Both the position numbers and the translations under genes were made by a program. The notes under the pieces are model-generated. The model had not been told where the DNA came from. It ran no database searches and saw nothing but the letters and a program-made list of their open reading frames with translations. From assembly GCF_006345805.1 (NCBI RefSeq), contig NC_042998.1, positions 184,140,001 through 184,204,000 on the forward strand: a stretch of DNA of 64,000 nt. The letters are read 5' to 3'. Origin of the DNA: Octopus sinensis. Lineage: Eukaryota. Position 1 is the first letter of the stretch. Each line of letters begins with the position of its first letter. Positions 49,390 to 62,880 of the stretch are shown here, piece after piece.

Positions 49390-51099
49390 TTAAGGGATTG
49401 CATGGAGATGATGGAGATGATTGTGGTTGTAGTGATGCTGATGATGTTAGTGTCAGTGGTGGTGAATAGGGGGAGGCATTGAAAGAGTAATAGGAACAGT
49501 GGTAGCTAGTGAAAGTGGTGTGTGTATGTGTGTGTGTGTGTGTGTGTATGTGTTTCAGAGACTGTATTGTGGTGATAGTGGGTTGTGATGATGGTGATGA
49601 TTGTGGTTACAGTGGTGGTGATATAGTGGTGGTGGCGGTGGATGGTGAGAGTATTGATGTTATTGATAGTGATGGCAGTGGTGGTGGTGGTAGTGGTGGG
49701 GGGGGGCGATGGTAATGATGATATATGCGGTGGTGGCGGCGGCAGAGCTATAACAGTGGTGGGATATTTATAGAGGTAGAAGTAATGAAAGGTGTGTCTG
49801 TGTGTGTGGGGGGATGAACATCGATGAAAGGGGTGATGGTGGAGATGATGATGGTATAGCAACAGTAGTAGTGGTGATGGGGGCAGTAGTGAAGGTGGTG
49901 GTGGTGGTGGTGGTAGTTATGGTGGTAGTAGTAGTAGTAGTAGTAGTTGTAGTAGTAGTAGTAGTAGTAGTATTGGGATAGTAAGTGTGTTTAGGGAACA
50001 GTATGGTGATGGTAGTGGTGGAGGTGATGGTGATGTTGATGGTGGTGGTAGTATTAATGTAAGGCAATGGCAGAGGGGACGGTGGGGGTACTGGCAGCAA
50101 TGTTAGTGATGACAGTGATGATGATGGTTGTGATGGTATGGTGTATGTGTGTGTGTGTGTGTGTGAGTGTGTTTAAGGAATGGTATAGCAGTAGTGATAG
50201 TAGTGGTAGGAAGGTAGTGGATCTGATCGGAAGTTGTGAGGCTGCGAGGTGTAGGAGGTGGAGGGGGTGGAGATGTATATTGTTGGCAGGGCAGTGGGTT
50301 GGGTGTGGAAGGTGGGAAGGCAAGGTGGCATGTATATGTGGTAAGGAGAGAGATACGAGACACCATTTAAAAAGTAAAATATCGCCTTTCTTCTTCTTCA
50401 TATTGGCTAACTTATCGATCTTAGGGGGACAGCACCAACCAGCAAAAAAAAAAAAGAGAGATGAAGGCAAAGAGAGATGAAGGCAAAGAGAGATGAAGGC
50501 AAAGATAAAAACACGGAGATGAGATGAGATGAGACGAGACGAGATGAGATGAGAAGGTGAAGGAGGGGGAAAGATAATTAGAATTTGGAGAAAGAAGAAA
50601 AAGTGGAGTAAAGAGGAAGAGGGCGATGACGATGATGATGCTGGTGGTGGTGGTGGTGGTGGTGGTGGTGGTGGTGATGGTGATGACGATGATGATGATG
50701 ATAATGATGACAGTGATGATGGTTGTGATAACAATGATGACAATAACAAGAACGACAACAACGATGACGATGATGATGACGATGACGATGACGATGACGA
50801 TGACACTGATGATGGTGATGATGATGATGATAATGATGACGATTACGATGACGATGACAACGATGATGATGATGACGATGATGATGAGGAGGAGGGGAGG
50901 AGGAGGAGGAGGAGAGAAAATAACAACAGTATGGCTAATGTAAGCGACATGGGATTATTAGATATAAGTTTTTGAAAGAAGTAACAAGATACCTAAAATA
51001 AAAATTGAAATGTGGTTTTCATAATAGCTGACATTAATATACATCTATGCATGCGTACATACCTACATACCTACCTACATACATACCTACATACATACA

Positions 51100-51133
<34 letters not shown>

Positions 51134-51137
51134 CATG

Positions 51138-51169
<32 letters not shown>

Positions 51170-51443
51170 CATGCATACATACATACATGCATACATACAT
51201 GCATACATACATACATACACACAATACATATATACATACATACATACATACATACATTCAAACATGCATGCATACATACATACATACATGCATACATACA
51301 TACATACATACATGCATACATACATATATATATGCACACACATACACACCCACACACACCCACATGTATATATATATATATATATATATATATCAAAGGG
51401 ATAGATAATACATAGAGACAGGGAGACGGAGAGAGAGAAAGAG

Positions 51444-51482
<39 letters not shown>
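48690..51482. repeat. Large low-complexity block: (CT)n, (GGT)n, (GAT)n, (AGT)n, (TG)n, (TACA)n, (GA)n
   Basis: Direct inspection; all overlapping ORFs are homopolymeric. Confidence 0.95.
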
Positions 51483-51484
<2 letters not shown>

Positions 51485-51834
51485 CAAATACTTGAATGTA
51501 TGCTGAGAGATTGTCTTAGCCCGTTTGCCTTCAGACAGTTGATTTCTGTAGTTATCATCAGTGTATTTTGGCGATTTAAATAAGAGTTTTGACTGCTATT
51601 TCCAGCAGGTAGACATACTCAGTATGTCCGTTGATTAATTTTAATCCTTCAGCTATTTGATGCTTTTCCAGGGCCTGCAGTTGCCTATTTTATTGATTCT
51701 GTTATTATCATTTACATGCACACATACATGCACAAACATATACACACATGCATACATACACATATGTACACACATGTGTGCATACATGCATTTATGCACA
51801 ACACAGTCTGTATTAAAAGAACCTAAGATAAAAC

Positions 51835-52033
51835 TTAATCCTTTAAACCAGCCATATCTGACCTAAATATTCTATCTGCTCTATATTCAAACCAGCAAGA
51901 TCCAGCCTTTCACACTTACCCTACCATGTCATTGTAAAAATAAGCAATCACATCATTGAAATCTCAAAAATGTTAGATTTTGCATGATTAATTCAAAACA
52001 ATGTGATTAAATTTACATTTGCTAAAGAGTTGA
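51835..52033. mobile_element. Degenerate piggyBac-like MITE
   Basis: Left ttaatccttta and right gctaaagagttga resemble TTAA-CCCTTTAGC ends; weak. Confidence 0.35.
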
Positions 52034-52242
52034 AGTAAACTACTGCTTTTAAGCCTTTCACCTTGGACTTCTGTTGAAATGTGCAGTTCTTGTTTCAATA
52101 AATTTTGAAAATAATAAGAATTTATCAAAATAACTTTGTCATTATTAGACTGGTCTTTGGAATAATAAATTATCGTGAAATTTTGATGAAAGGTTTTAAT
52201 TAAGAAATATGTAACTAAGTAATATGAGGCAATATTAATACC

Positions 52243-52476
52243 TATTTCTTTACTACCCACAAGGGGCTAAACACAGAGAGGATAAACAAGGGCAGACAAA
52301 TGGATTAAGTCAATTATATCGACCCCAGTGTGTAACTGGTACTTATTTAATTGACCCCAAAAGGATGAAAGGCAAAGTCGACTTTGGCGGAATTTGAACC
52401 CAGAATGTAATGGCAGACGAAATACCACGAAAGCATTTCTCCCAGCGTGCTAACGATTCTGCCAGCTTGCCGCCTT
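52243..52476 (-). mobile_element. Full-length monomeric type-A-tail SINE with TSD
   Basis: Reverse complement of 17673-17905; aatattaatacc duplicated at 52231-52242 and 52477-52488. Confidence 0.9.
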
Positions 52477-52588
52477 AATATTAATACCGAGTGCCAATAT
52501 TTATCCCCACTTAATGTGGATGTTCTGTTAGATTCTGTTAGTTCAACAGAACATTCATGTTTAAATGAGGATAACTATTACTTCTCAG

Positions 52589-52754
52589 CACTAGCATAGC
52601 TTAAGGGTGGGGTGTAGGGGCGGTCCGCCCCAGGTGGCACTTTTAAATGGGGCAGCACTTTTAGGTTTGCTGTAGGCAATATGTGCTTTTTGTGGGGTCC
52701 AGGGATGACAAACAGAAGGGCTGCCCCCAGGTACACACACTAGCTACACTAGTG
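52589..52754. mobile_element. hAT-type MITE (166 bp)
   Basis: TIRs cactagcatagct and cactagtgtagct (reverse complement); 8-bp TSD cttctcag / cttctcgg. Confidence 0.75.
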
Positions 52755-53403
52755 CTTCTCGGTTTTAATGAAGATCACTTTAAGACATGGAGTTTGTATT
52801 TTAGAACCACAAGTGGCTTCAGGTGAGTTGGTGGCTAAAGGGTTAAACAGATGTGTAACCCATCTTGAACAAACCTATGCATCTAAACAGATGCGTAGTC
52901 CCTCTATAGAAGATACAAAAGAAGTTATTCTGACATATTTCAAATTAGAAAGAGAAAGACAAAATGTATTCACATCTGTTCTACAAGTTCCACAAGGAAA
53001 AACTCTAGTTTATTTAAATTTATCTTAACTCTTTTCTAATACATCCTGTGTTGCACATAAATATTTATTAATAATTTAATTACACTACCAGTTCTACTTT
53101 ATGCTTGATTTGCTGTAAGTTTTCTAAATTTGCAAAGTAATGGAAGGAATAATTGTGCTCTAATGAGTGGTTAATGAACTGTGAAACATTTCAAGACAGT
53201 TTTCTTAATTGTTCTGTGCAGGAAGAGAATAATAAGATATATTTCGCCTGTAGTTAAAGTTGTAGAGTTTAATAGTTAAAAGCGATAGGTTAACAACTTA
53301 AAATTTATCTCTGTCTGTCTGACTGTGTCATAAGATAATTTGTCAGTGATAGTCATACTCATCGAATGAGTCAACAGCCATCATCTATGTATATATATAT
53401 ATA

Positions 53404-53800
53404 TCATCATCATCATCGTTTAACATCTGCTTTCCATGCTAGCATGAGTTGGACGATTTTGACTGAGGGCTGGCGAACTAGATGGTTGCACCAGGCTCCA
53501 ATCTTGATTTGGCAGAGTTTCTACAGCTGGATGCCCTTCCTAACGCTTACCACTCCAAGAGTGTAGTGGGTGATTTTTACGTGCCACCGGCACGGGAGCC
53601 AGTCAGGCGGTACTGGCAACGACCTCACTTGAATCCTTTTATACATTCCACCAGCACAGGTGCCAGTAAAGCGACTTTGGTAACGATCAAGCTCGAATGG
53701 TGCCCTTTTACATGCTACTGGCATGGAAGCCAGTTGGCTGCTCTGGCAACAATCATGCTTGGATGGTGCTCTTGGTACCCTACTAGTACGGGCACAAGTA
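53404..53800 (-). mobile_element. RTE-family 3' UTR copy
   Basis: catcatcatcgtttaacatctgctttccatgctagc...gatgcccttcctaacg. Confidence 0.8.
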
Positions 53801-54074
53801 CCAGAATATATATGTATATAGTATGAAGTTCAGTCCACTGTGTGGCACCTTGAGCAAGTATCTTCTACTATCATCGTGGGCCTATCAAAGCCTTGTGAGT
53901 GGATTTGATCGACAGAAACTGAAAGAGGTTCATTGTACTTGTATATATGTATATCTGATGTTTGTTTGCTTGTGTTTCCATGTGGGATTGTTGTAAATGA
54001 ATGTCATTCATTTCCAGAGTTGGTAGAATCATTAGCATGCTGGGCAAAATACGTAGTGCCATCTCGTCTGTCTT

Positions 54075-54690
54075 TATTTCAGCTTCCACCACAGCCTGAA
54101 GGTGGCTCTGAAATCAGGTGCATGCATTCCTCATTGTGTCCCTGGAGAGATCTTTTATCATCTCCTTGATCGTGGCAACCAGCGCAGTTTTGCTGTTGCA
54201 GGCAGAACAGTTAGTGTCTTTCTGAACCCTACTCCCACATCAATAATCCATAGGATTTCAATCAGGGGAATTAGAAGGTCAGAAATTGGGGCTGGTGAAG
54301 TCATAGAAATTCTCCAAAAGCCATTTCTGACTCTTTCTGGAGGTTTGGCAAGGAGCCAAATCCTGTTGCTATGCATATGACCTTCAATAGCGACCCTCTC
54401 CAACTAGGGTTTGACCAGCAACTTCATATAGCTATCTAAGGCCCAATTCAAAAATATGGAGATGAATTCAAGTATGCAGATGCAGTCAGAACACTTGCTG
54501 TGTCCCTTCCTACTATGACTTCATAATTTCCTTTGCAGCTGTCGATGACACATCTTACAGCTTTAACAATGTTCATAGAGTAGTGAGTAACAGCCAGGAT
54601 GTTGGCATTTTGATACCCAGCACAAATTATCCTGATATAGTAACTCTTTTCCATTATTGAAAAGTGTGGTGTTTTCATTCTCCCTTTTTC
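54075..54690 (-). mobile_element. Second maT (DD37D) transposase relic with internal deletion
   Basis: Minus-strand frame QQDLAPCQTSRKSQKWLLENF...NSPD*NPMDY has 37 residues between the second and third Asp; N-terminal remnant in ORF 54448-54678. Confidence 0.75.
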
Positions 54691-55136
54691 TGTTGTCCTC
54701 TTTCATCGTTCACACCACAAAAAGACTTCCAGACCACCTTGCTAGTTAACTGTTCTCTACTATAACTTTAATCTTTATGCATTCAAATGCCATTGACTGT
54801 TCACCAATACATCAAGCTGTTCCTGCAAAAAGGAGGCATAACAATTTATCAAATTTAGCCCAAACACCCTGTGTGAGGGTAAATGGAAATTCTGATGGAG
54901 AACCTGTTTAGAGCAACTGACCAAATCTGTGGCTTGAGTGAGGTTCAAGTAAGACTGAAGATGGAGGAGCAGAGATGTAGACAGAGCTATAAAAGCAAAG
55001 AGTCATAGAAAAACAGAAAGAAAAGGGTAGCAGAGATTATATGAGTTAGCAAGAAGGAAATGTAAATAACAGGTGGTGGTGGTGGTGGTGGTGGTGGTGG
55101 TGATATGATGATGATGATAGCCCAAAGAATAATATT

Positions 55137-55353
55137 CTTTTCTACTCTAGGCACAAGGCCCGAAATTTTGGGGGAGAGGACCAGTTGATTAGATCGACCC
55201 TAGTATGCAACTGGTACTTAATTTATTGACCCCGAAAAGAAGAAAGGCAAAGTCGACCTCGGCAGAATTTGAACTCAGAACATAAAGACAGACAAAAAAC
55301 TGCTAAGTATTTCACCTGGCATGCTAATGTTTCTGCCAGCTCGCCGCCTTTTT
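55137..55353 (-). mobile_element. Full-length type-B-tail SINE with 14-bp TSD
   Basis: Same head and body as type A but tail cccccaaaatttcgggccttgtgcctagagtagaaag; caaagaataatatt duplicated at 55123-55136 and 55354-55367. Confidence 0.9.
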
Positions 55354-55379
55354 CAAAGAATAATATTGATATACAATGT

Positions 55380-56515
55380 AGACTTGTATTAGTAAGGTCA
55401 AAGCGCAGAGTAGAATGCACTGCTTTATATTAACTTTATTGATTTCGAAAAAGCATTTGATAGTGTTGATAGGGAAGGCTTATGGAAAATTATGCAGCAC
55501 TACGGCATACCAGACAAGTGTATATCTATAATAAGAGCAACTTACCAAGGAATGTCATGCTGAGACTTGCATGGAAATGGAGCTACGGATAAATTCAAAG
55601 TAAAAACATGAGTTCGACAGGGCTGTATACTTTCTCCCTTTTTATTTCTACTAGTTATAGATTGGATTATGAAAGAAACTACGATTGAAAGCCAAACAGG
55701 CATTGAATGGACGGATGCAAAAGCTCTAGAAGATCTCGACTTTGCAGATGATATAGTGCTACTTTCACAAACATATAGCCAAATGCAGAATAAAACGTCA
55801 AAATTAGAAGCAATGGCTGCCAAACTAGGATTGAAAGTCAACTGCAACAAATCAAAAATTATGCGCATTAATGAAGAAAACAGTGAACGTATTAAACTAG
55901 AAACCAGTGAACTAGAGGATGTAGCTGAGTTTACGTATTTAGGTAGTAAGATAACGTTTTCAGGTGGCACAGATGAAGATATTAAGACGAGATAAGTAAG
56001 GCAAGGACCGCTTTTCACCTGTTAAAAAAAGTATGGAGCACAAGTGTAATTTCAATAAAGAACAAAATAAAAATTTTTAATACTAATGTAAAAGCGATGT
56101 TATTGTATGGGGCTGAGACATGGCGAACAACAGTTAAGTCAAATAAGCAAATACAATCATTCATCAACAGATGCTTGCGTAGTATACTTAAAATAAGATG
56201 GCCCGAACACATAAGCAATATGGAGCTATGGCAAAGAACAAATCAAGTTTCGATTAGGGAGTAAATATTTAAGAAAAAGTGGAAGTGGATTGGTAGCACA
56301 ATTAGAAAAGACACAGCAAATGTAGAGAAACGTGCTTTACAGTGGAATCCGGATGGATATAGAAGGAAAGGTAGGACTAAGAACTCATGGCGTAGATCAA
56401 CACAAAAGGAACTAGAGAAAGGGGGACATTCATGGCAGAGTATAAGTACAGAAGCAAAAAATTATGTGACATGGAACTCAATTATAAGTGGCCTATACTC
56501 CACGTTGGAGGGTTA
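55380..56515 (+). mobile_element. Third RTE-family LINE (SR2/SR3-like), 5'-truncated, RT to C-terminus
   Basis: FIDFEKAFDSVDR, VRQGCILSPFLF, DLDFADDIVLL, FTYLGS, LLYGAETW, WNPDGYRRKGR; few stops. Confidence 0.9.
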
Positions 56516-57174
56516 AAGGTAGAAAAAAATTAGGTCAAGTAAACTGCATGATATGTCTTTTCCCCACAAATCATTGATGATGGATGCAAAGAGGAAATAT
56601 TTTAAAGAAAACAGCAAATGCTGGTTGTGAATACCACTTGATGGTAGCTTACCTCTTCTTTACAAAACTTGCTATGACAAGAGAAACAAACTACAAAGAA
56701 AAAAAAATGTGCAACAAATACAAGAAAACAACAACAATGACAAAAATATATAACAATCAACTTAAAAAAATATAGTAAAAAAATAATAAATTAATCTTTA
56801 TTTGAGTTTAAACTACGTATTTCTATTTCCATTGGTTTTTCTAGAATTAATTTGACAATCACAGAGAGGGAAAAAATCTTTAACTTGAATTCTATTCTAT
56901 CTCTATTTGAATGATGTAACATCAAATTTCTTTAACGTGTAGCTCTATTTAGAGGACTTCTTTGTCTTTTTCTGTTCGAAACATTACATCTTGTTTCCTC
57001 TGGCTTTTGTAATAGTTTCCTTTAAAAAACGACGTTTATGTGGTTTTGGCAAATTGAATTGCTTGCAATATTAAATTACAACACAAGAGTTTGAGATATG
57101 GTTGGTGCTATTGATATTGACTCTGATAATGTTACTTGCTGCTGCAGTTGTTGCTATTGTTGCTGATGTCATTG

Positions 57175-57184
57175 CTTATATCGC

Positions 57185-57216
<32 letters not shown>

Positions 57217-57397
57217 CCACAAGCATCACCACCATTATCATCATTGACATTGTTGTCATCGTCATCATCACCATCATCATCATCATCATCATCCTCACCA
57301 TCCTCCTCCTCCTCCTCCTCCTCATCATCATCATCACCATCGACATCATCCTCACCCTCATCATCATCACCATCATCATTCTCACCATCATCCTCAC

Positions 57398-57429
<32 letters not shown>

Positions 57430-57749
57430 CCATCCTCACCATCCTCCTCCTCCTCTTCCTACTCCACATCATCCTCATCATCATCATCATCATCATAATC
57501 ATCATCATCATCATCATCGTCGTCGTCGTCGTCATCATCATCACCACACGCATCACCACCATTATTGTCATCACTGACATTGTTGTCATTGTCATTCCAC
57601 CCACCATCATCGCCATCATCATCACCATCATTGCTGCCAGCTTTGGCGGTGTCATCATCATCCTCACCACCATCACCATCATCGCCATCATCATCACCAT
57701 CATTGCTGCCAGCTTTGGCGGTGTCATCATCATCCTCACCACCATCACC

Positions 57750-57810
<61 letters not shown>

Positions 57811-57855
57811 CCACCATCACCATCATGATTATCATTATTATTATTATTATTGTAA
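57175..57855. repeat. (CAT)n/(CAC)n/(CCT)n low-complexity block with an internal ~60-bp duplication
   Basis: cattgctgccagctttggcggtgtcatc occurs twice, near 57630 and 57700. Confidence 0.95.
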
Positions 57856-58384
57856 TGCTGCTATTGATTTTTAAAGGTGAATTAAAGACAAAATAATAAT
57901 AAAAAAAAACAATTTGAAATGCCTTGCAGCTATTATTTTCAGAGTAAACATCTATTTCATCTTAGTTTTGCAATCAATACTTGGATTGCACCGCATCCAT
58001 GAATCTTTAAATAATTTACAAATTGGTGGTGATTGCAAAAAGACTTGAGGCAAGTTCCTCGCAGGTTGGGTCTTCAACTGATCGAATTCTGCTTCCCCTT
58101 TACATCGATAATTATTTCCTACGTTGGGACAAGGCCAGATATGAGGAGGAGGAGGAGAAGGATGAGGAGGTATCATAATTTGGATTGGAATTCAGCGCAT
58201 GCTTGATAGCATAAACTGGAAGGTTGATGTGAGAGGGAGAGAGAGAGGGGGGGGGAGAAACAGAGAGAGAGAGAGGGAGAGGGAGAGAGAGAGAAAGTTG
58301 ATTTGGACAGGATTATAAATTCAGGAAATAGAAAAGCGAAACTAAATATGGCAGGACATTTTATTTCAGGACTTTACTCACTTA

Positions 58385-58589
58385 ATCACCACCACCACCA
58401 TCACCACCACCACCATCACCACCACCACCATCACCACCACCACCATCACCACCACCATCACCACCACTACCTTCTTGCTACCATCACCTTCTTGCCACAA
58501 CCATTATAAACTGTTACTACCACTGCCATTGTCACACACTCCTCTATCTGCTCTTGCCTTTCTTTTTGTTGTTGTGTTATTATTATTAG

Positions 58590-58621
<32 letters not shown>

Positions 58622-59075
58622 CTATTATTATTATTATTATTCCTCCTCCTCTTTCTTCTCTTCTTCCTTGTCTTCCTCCTCTTTCTTCTCTTTCTTTTCG
58701 TCCTCCTTCATCTCCTCTTCATTCTCTTTTTCCTCCTACTCCTCTATCTTCTCTTCCTTCCCCTTCTCCTCCTTATCTTCTCCTCCTCCTTCTCCAGCTC
58801 CTCTTACTCTTCCTCTTTCACTCCTCCTCCTTCTCCAGCTCCTCTTAGTCTTCTTCTTTCACTCCTCCTCCTTATCTTCCTCCTCCTCTTCCTTCTCTTC
58901 TTCCTCCTCATCTACCACCTCTTCTTCTATCACCTCTTCCTCTGCTACTTCTTCCTCTACCACCTCCTCATCGTTTACCACCTCCCTCTTCTTCTACCAC
59001 TCCTCCTCTACCACCTCCTCTTCTGCATCCCTTTCTCTTCTTCCTCCTTCCTCCTTCCCCTCTCTCCTCCAGCTC
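58385..59075. repeat. (CAC)n, (TAT)n and polypyrimidine (CT/CTC/CTT) low-complexity block
   Basis: Direct inspection. Confidence 0.9.
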
Positions 59076-59924
59076 AATATTTTTGAAAAGCATAAACATA
59101 ATTTCTAATTCATGCACATGGCCAGTAATTTTAAGGAAAGGGGTCTACTTGATTTCATCAACCCTAGTACTTGACTGGTATTTTATTTTATTGGCCCCAG
59201 CAACTTTATTTTATTGGCCTTGGTAGAATTTGGATCCAAAATATAAAATACTTTAGCTAAATACCCCAAAACATTCTGTTTGCTATGCTAACAATTTTGT
59301 CAGCCCATGTTCTCAGCATAAACACAATGGCATCTAGAAATCTAGGAAGGTCCTGTGTTCATGTAAAGAAAACCAATAACATAGAGTGATTTATATATAT
59401 TATAAACTACTCCTTTTTTACTGATTTTTAAAATATTTTATTTATAGAAAATAGAGGAAATCTTGAATGCAGAATATCTCTGAAAACAACTTAAAAAATT
59501 TTTTTTCCCATCTTTTAAGGGTATTTATCTTATCTTCTAAGCTGTTTTCACAGCTATTCTGCATTTACCTTCTGTAAAATACCAACTCTCTCAGCACTTC
59601 AAAGTTTCTTTATAAATATGTTTCCACATTTTATTCATTTTTTTTTTCTAAAAACAATGTTATTGATTTTTTAAAAGATAAAGATTATTTTTTGCTCTAA
59701 ATAAGCAATGATATTAAATCTAAAACATTAACCTTTTTGTTGTGATATTTCAGTTGAAATATACTGCCTTTGTTTCAGTTTATTTCGAAAATAATAAAAA
59801 AATTTACTTAAATAATTTAGTCCTTATTGAGCTGCTGTTTTAGAACATAAATTAGCACCAAATTTTGGTAGAAGGTTTTAGTTTAGATTATTTTAAATTA
59901 GGAAGAACCAACTTCAGCAGTACA

Positions 59925-60378
59925 TCATCATCATCATCATCATCATCGCCATCATTGTTTAACGTCTGCTTTCCATGTTGGCATGGGTTGGACGGTTTGA
60001 CTGAGGACTGGCAAGCCAGATGGCTGCATCAGGCTCCAATCTGATCTGGCAGAGTTTCTACAGCTGGATGCTCTTCCTAACGCCAACCACTGTGAGAGTG
60101 TAGTGGGTGCTTTTACGTGCCACCAGCATGAGGGCCAGTCAGGTGGTACTGGCAACAGCCATGCTGAAATGGTGTTTTTACGTGCCACCTGCACAGGAGC
60201 CAGTCCATCGGCACTGACAACGACCTCGCTCGAATGTTGTTTTTCACGTGCCACTGGCACAAGTGCCAGTAAGGCACAGCTGGTAACGATCACGCATGAA
60301 TGGTGCTTTTTACGTGCCACCAGCACAGGAGCCAGTCAGCAGCCCTGGCAACGATCATGCTCAGATGGTGCTCTTAGT
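59925..60378 (-). mobile_element. RTE-family 3' UTR copy with about 4 subunits
   Basis: (CAT)n then gtttaacgtctgctttccatg, then repeated tttacgtgccac. Confidence 0.85.
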
Positions 60379-60764
60379 GGTGATGATGATGAGGAGGAGG
60401 AGGAGGAAGGTGATTGCGATGTATTGAGATGTATTTCCACTGAAATGGTTTTGACTTGTAAAAGTGTTCGGAAATTTACTGAAGGGTAATGAACTGTACC
60501 AATGGTTTATAAAGTTCAGTGAAATATGCAATTGACTGTTAAGTACAATCATGATGGTCACCAGCAGAACACCCTGAAATTGCTTACAAAAGTGATGAAC
60601 AATTTACTATAATTGTAGATGTAGTAGTTGACGTTTATCTCACCATCAGTCTTGATTGAGCCAACCCATGATGAAAGATATTCCAGCCATGGTCTTCTGG
60701 CCTTCCTCACATTTTCAGTAATTTTGTGCTTTCAATCAGTGCTACTCAAAGTGGTGGTCCACGG

Positions 60765-61185
60765 ACTCTCTTTACTCTTTTATTCTTTTACTTGTTTCAG
60801 TCATTTGACTGCGGCCATGCTGGAGCACCGCCTTTAGTCGAGCAAATCGACCCCGGGACTTATTCTTTGTAAGCCCAGTACTTATTCTATCGGTCTCTTT
60901 TGCCGAACTGCTAAGTGACGGGAACATAAACACACCAGCATCGGTTGTCAAGCAATGCTAGGGGGACAAACACAGACACACAAACATATACACACACACT
61001 TATATATATATACATATATACGACAGGCTTCTTTCAGTTTCCATCTACCAAATCCACTCACAAGGCATTGGTCGGCCCGGGGCTATAGTAGAAGACACTT
61101 GCCCAAGATGCCACGCAGTGGGACTGAACCCGGAACCATGTGGTTGGTTAGCAAGCTACTTACCACACAGCCACTCCTGCGCCTA
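60765..61185 (-). mobile_element. Full-length CORE-type SINE with internal microsatellite
   Basis: Highly similar to 31454-31869. Confidence 0.85.
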
Positions 61186-62739
61186 TTGCCACTCCCGACT
61201 GTTGCTGGCCCTTGAGCCATCAGCTGCCGGTATGCAGTGAGTTTCTAGAAAAGAAAGGAACATTATAAAATGCTTATTAAAATGTTTATGTAATATTGTA
61301 TTATTTGTTTACAAAATGAATATAAGATTAAAAAAAAAATTGTTAACTTATATTATATTCATTATATATATTGTTTCTGGTATAAATTAATATTACTAAG
61401 AAATATTACAGGTCCCTGGCACATTAAAAAAAAAACTGCTGGTATGTCACATCAGATAGTTTGATAAGCACCGCCTTAGATTATATTATCCAGTCTATCC
61501 TGGGTGATTTTATAGAGGTTAGGTCACTATTTCTAGCTGGTCAGAAGACCCTGTAGTGACTCTGTCATTGACTCAAAACTTCTTTAACTGATAAACTAGT
61601 ACCTTACTTAATTGGCCTGATTAAACTCCACAAGTGTTCTAATTAACCCTTCCATGATATGTTTCTAATGAAATATATTGCCTACGAGTTTCATTTAATG
61701 TTTTTAAATACTCAACAATGTGGAGGGCTTCATCAAATAATTAACTTTCCCATTATTAAGCTAGTCTTTGAAATACAACTCAATAACAGGTTTTCACAGG
61801 AAATTATGATGGGAGGTTTTAATCCTTTTGTTTTCATTTTTCTGTTGAAATACACTGCTTTTATTTAAAGTAAGTTTTAAAACAATGAAGAATTTAATAA
61901 AATAACCTGGTTATCATTAATCTGGTGTTTAAAAATAAATTAATGTAAAATTTTAATGGAAGGTTTTAATTTAAATCACTTAAAGACAAGAAATATGTAT
62001 CATAGGCTTAAGGGTGATGCTAGATGCATTGGAATCAAAAGGTTAATTCTAAATATGCACATTTTAAAGCAGATTTTTTATCTTTTTTTTATATCACAGA
62101 AGCAAGTTGATCTTTGACAAACGATATACCAAAGGATTAATAGTATAATAATTTCATTGGAAGTTTTTCGGTGACTAATTGTCATTAGGTGCACACCAAT
62201 TATGGCATGTGACAAGTGAGTTTTGTTTGATTGAAAATAAAAGTCAGAGGTTCAAAAATAAATACCATTATAATTCTGACTAAAAATGACACCAACAGTC
62301 ATTCTGACATTTGCTTTCATGACACAGCAGGGAGCCAGCTTATCATCATCATCATTCAGTGTTTTAAATCCTGGTTTTGTCCCCATTAATGGCAGAGTGG
62401 CTGGATCTGCCTCAATGCCATAGCAACCAAGGTAGGCAGGTGCAGCCCACCCCAACCTTTGGGCTGGCTGGTGCCCATTCTCCTTTGCTATCATGAGGCT
62501 TTTTTGGAGCTGGATTTTCTATAGGGAGCATGCCCTTGCTTACTCCCAACCTCAGTTTCTAGACATGAGTGGTCCTGAGACCAAGGCCTCTACCACGATT
62601 TTTAAGAACTGTGGTGGAAAACTAGCTCAGGAAGGCAGGGATGCTACTCTCTGAGACCCCTTTTGGAGCCCCCCTACCTATAATTCATTCAAACTATCAT
62701 TCATTCCTGCTGAGAGGACTGTTTGGGCACGATCAAAGC

Positions 62740-62880
62740 TAGAGATTGTGGCTTAATTTAATTCATTATGGAAAGCTCACCCCGTCATGACACCAGTAGG
62801 GTTGACAGATTAATAGTTCTCTTTTGAGATTTGGTGAGTGGCTGTTCTTAGTTGGTGAAGTGATTTGTTTGAGAATAACA
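62740..62880 (+). pseudogene. 18S rRNA: Decayed fragment of 18S rRNA
   Basis: gtggcttaatttaattca ~ GCGGCTTAATTTGACTCA; gggttgacagattaatagttctc ~ GGATTGACAGATTGATAGCTCT; ggctgttcttagttggtgaagtgatttgt ~ GGCCGTTCTTAGTTGGTGGAGCGATTTGT. The blocks are colinear, with a short deletion. Confidence 0.8.

Noticed and set aside
58040-58330. GA-rich region resembling a promoter
   Set aside because: No TATA or initiator evidence and no downstream ORF; (GA)n tracts are common in this window.
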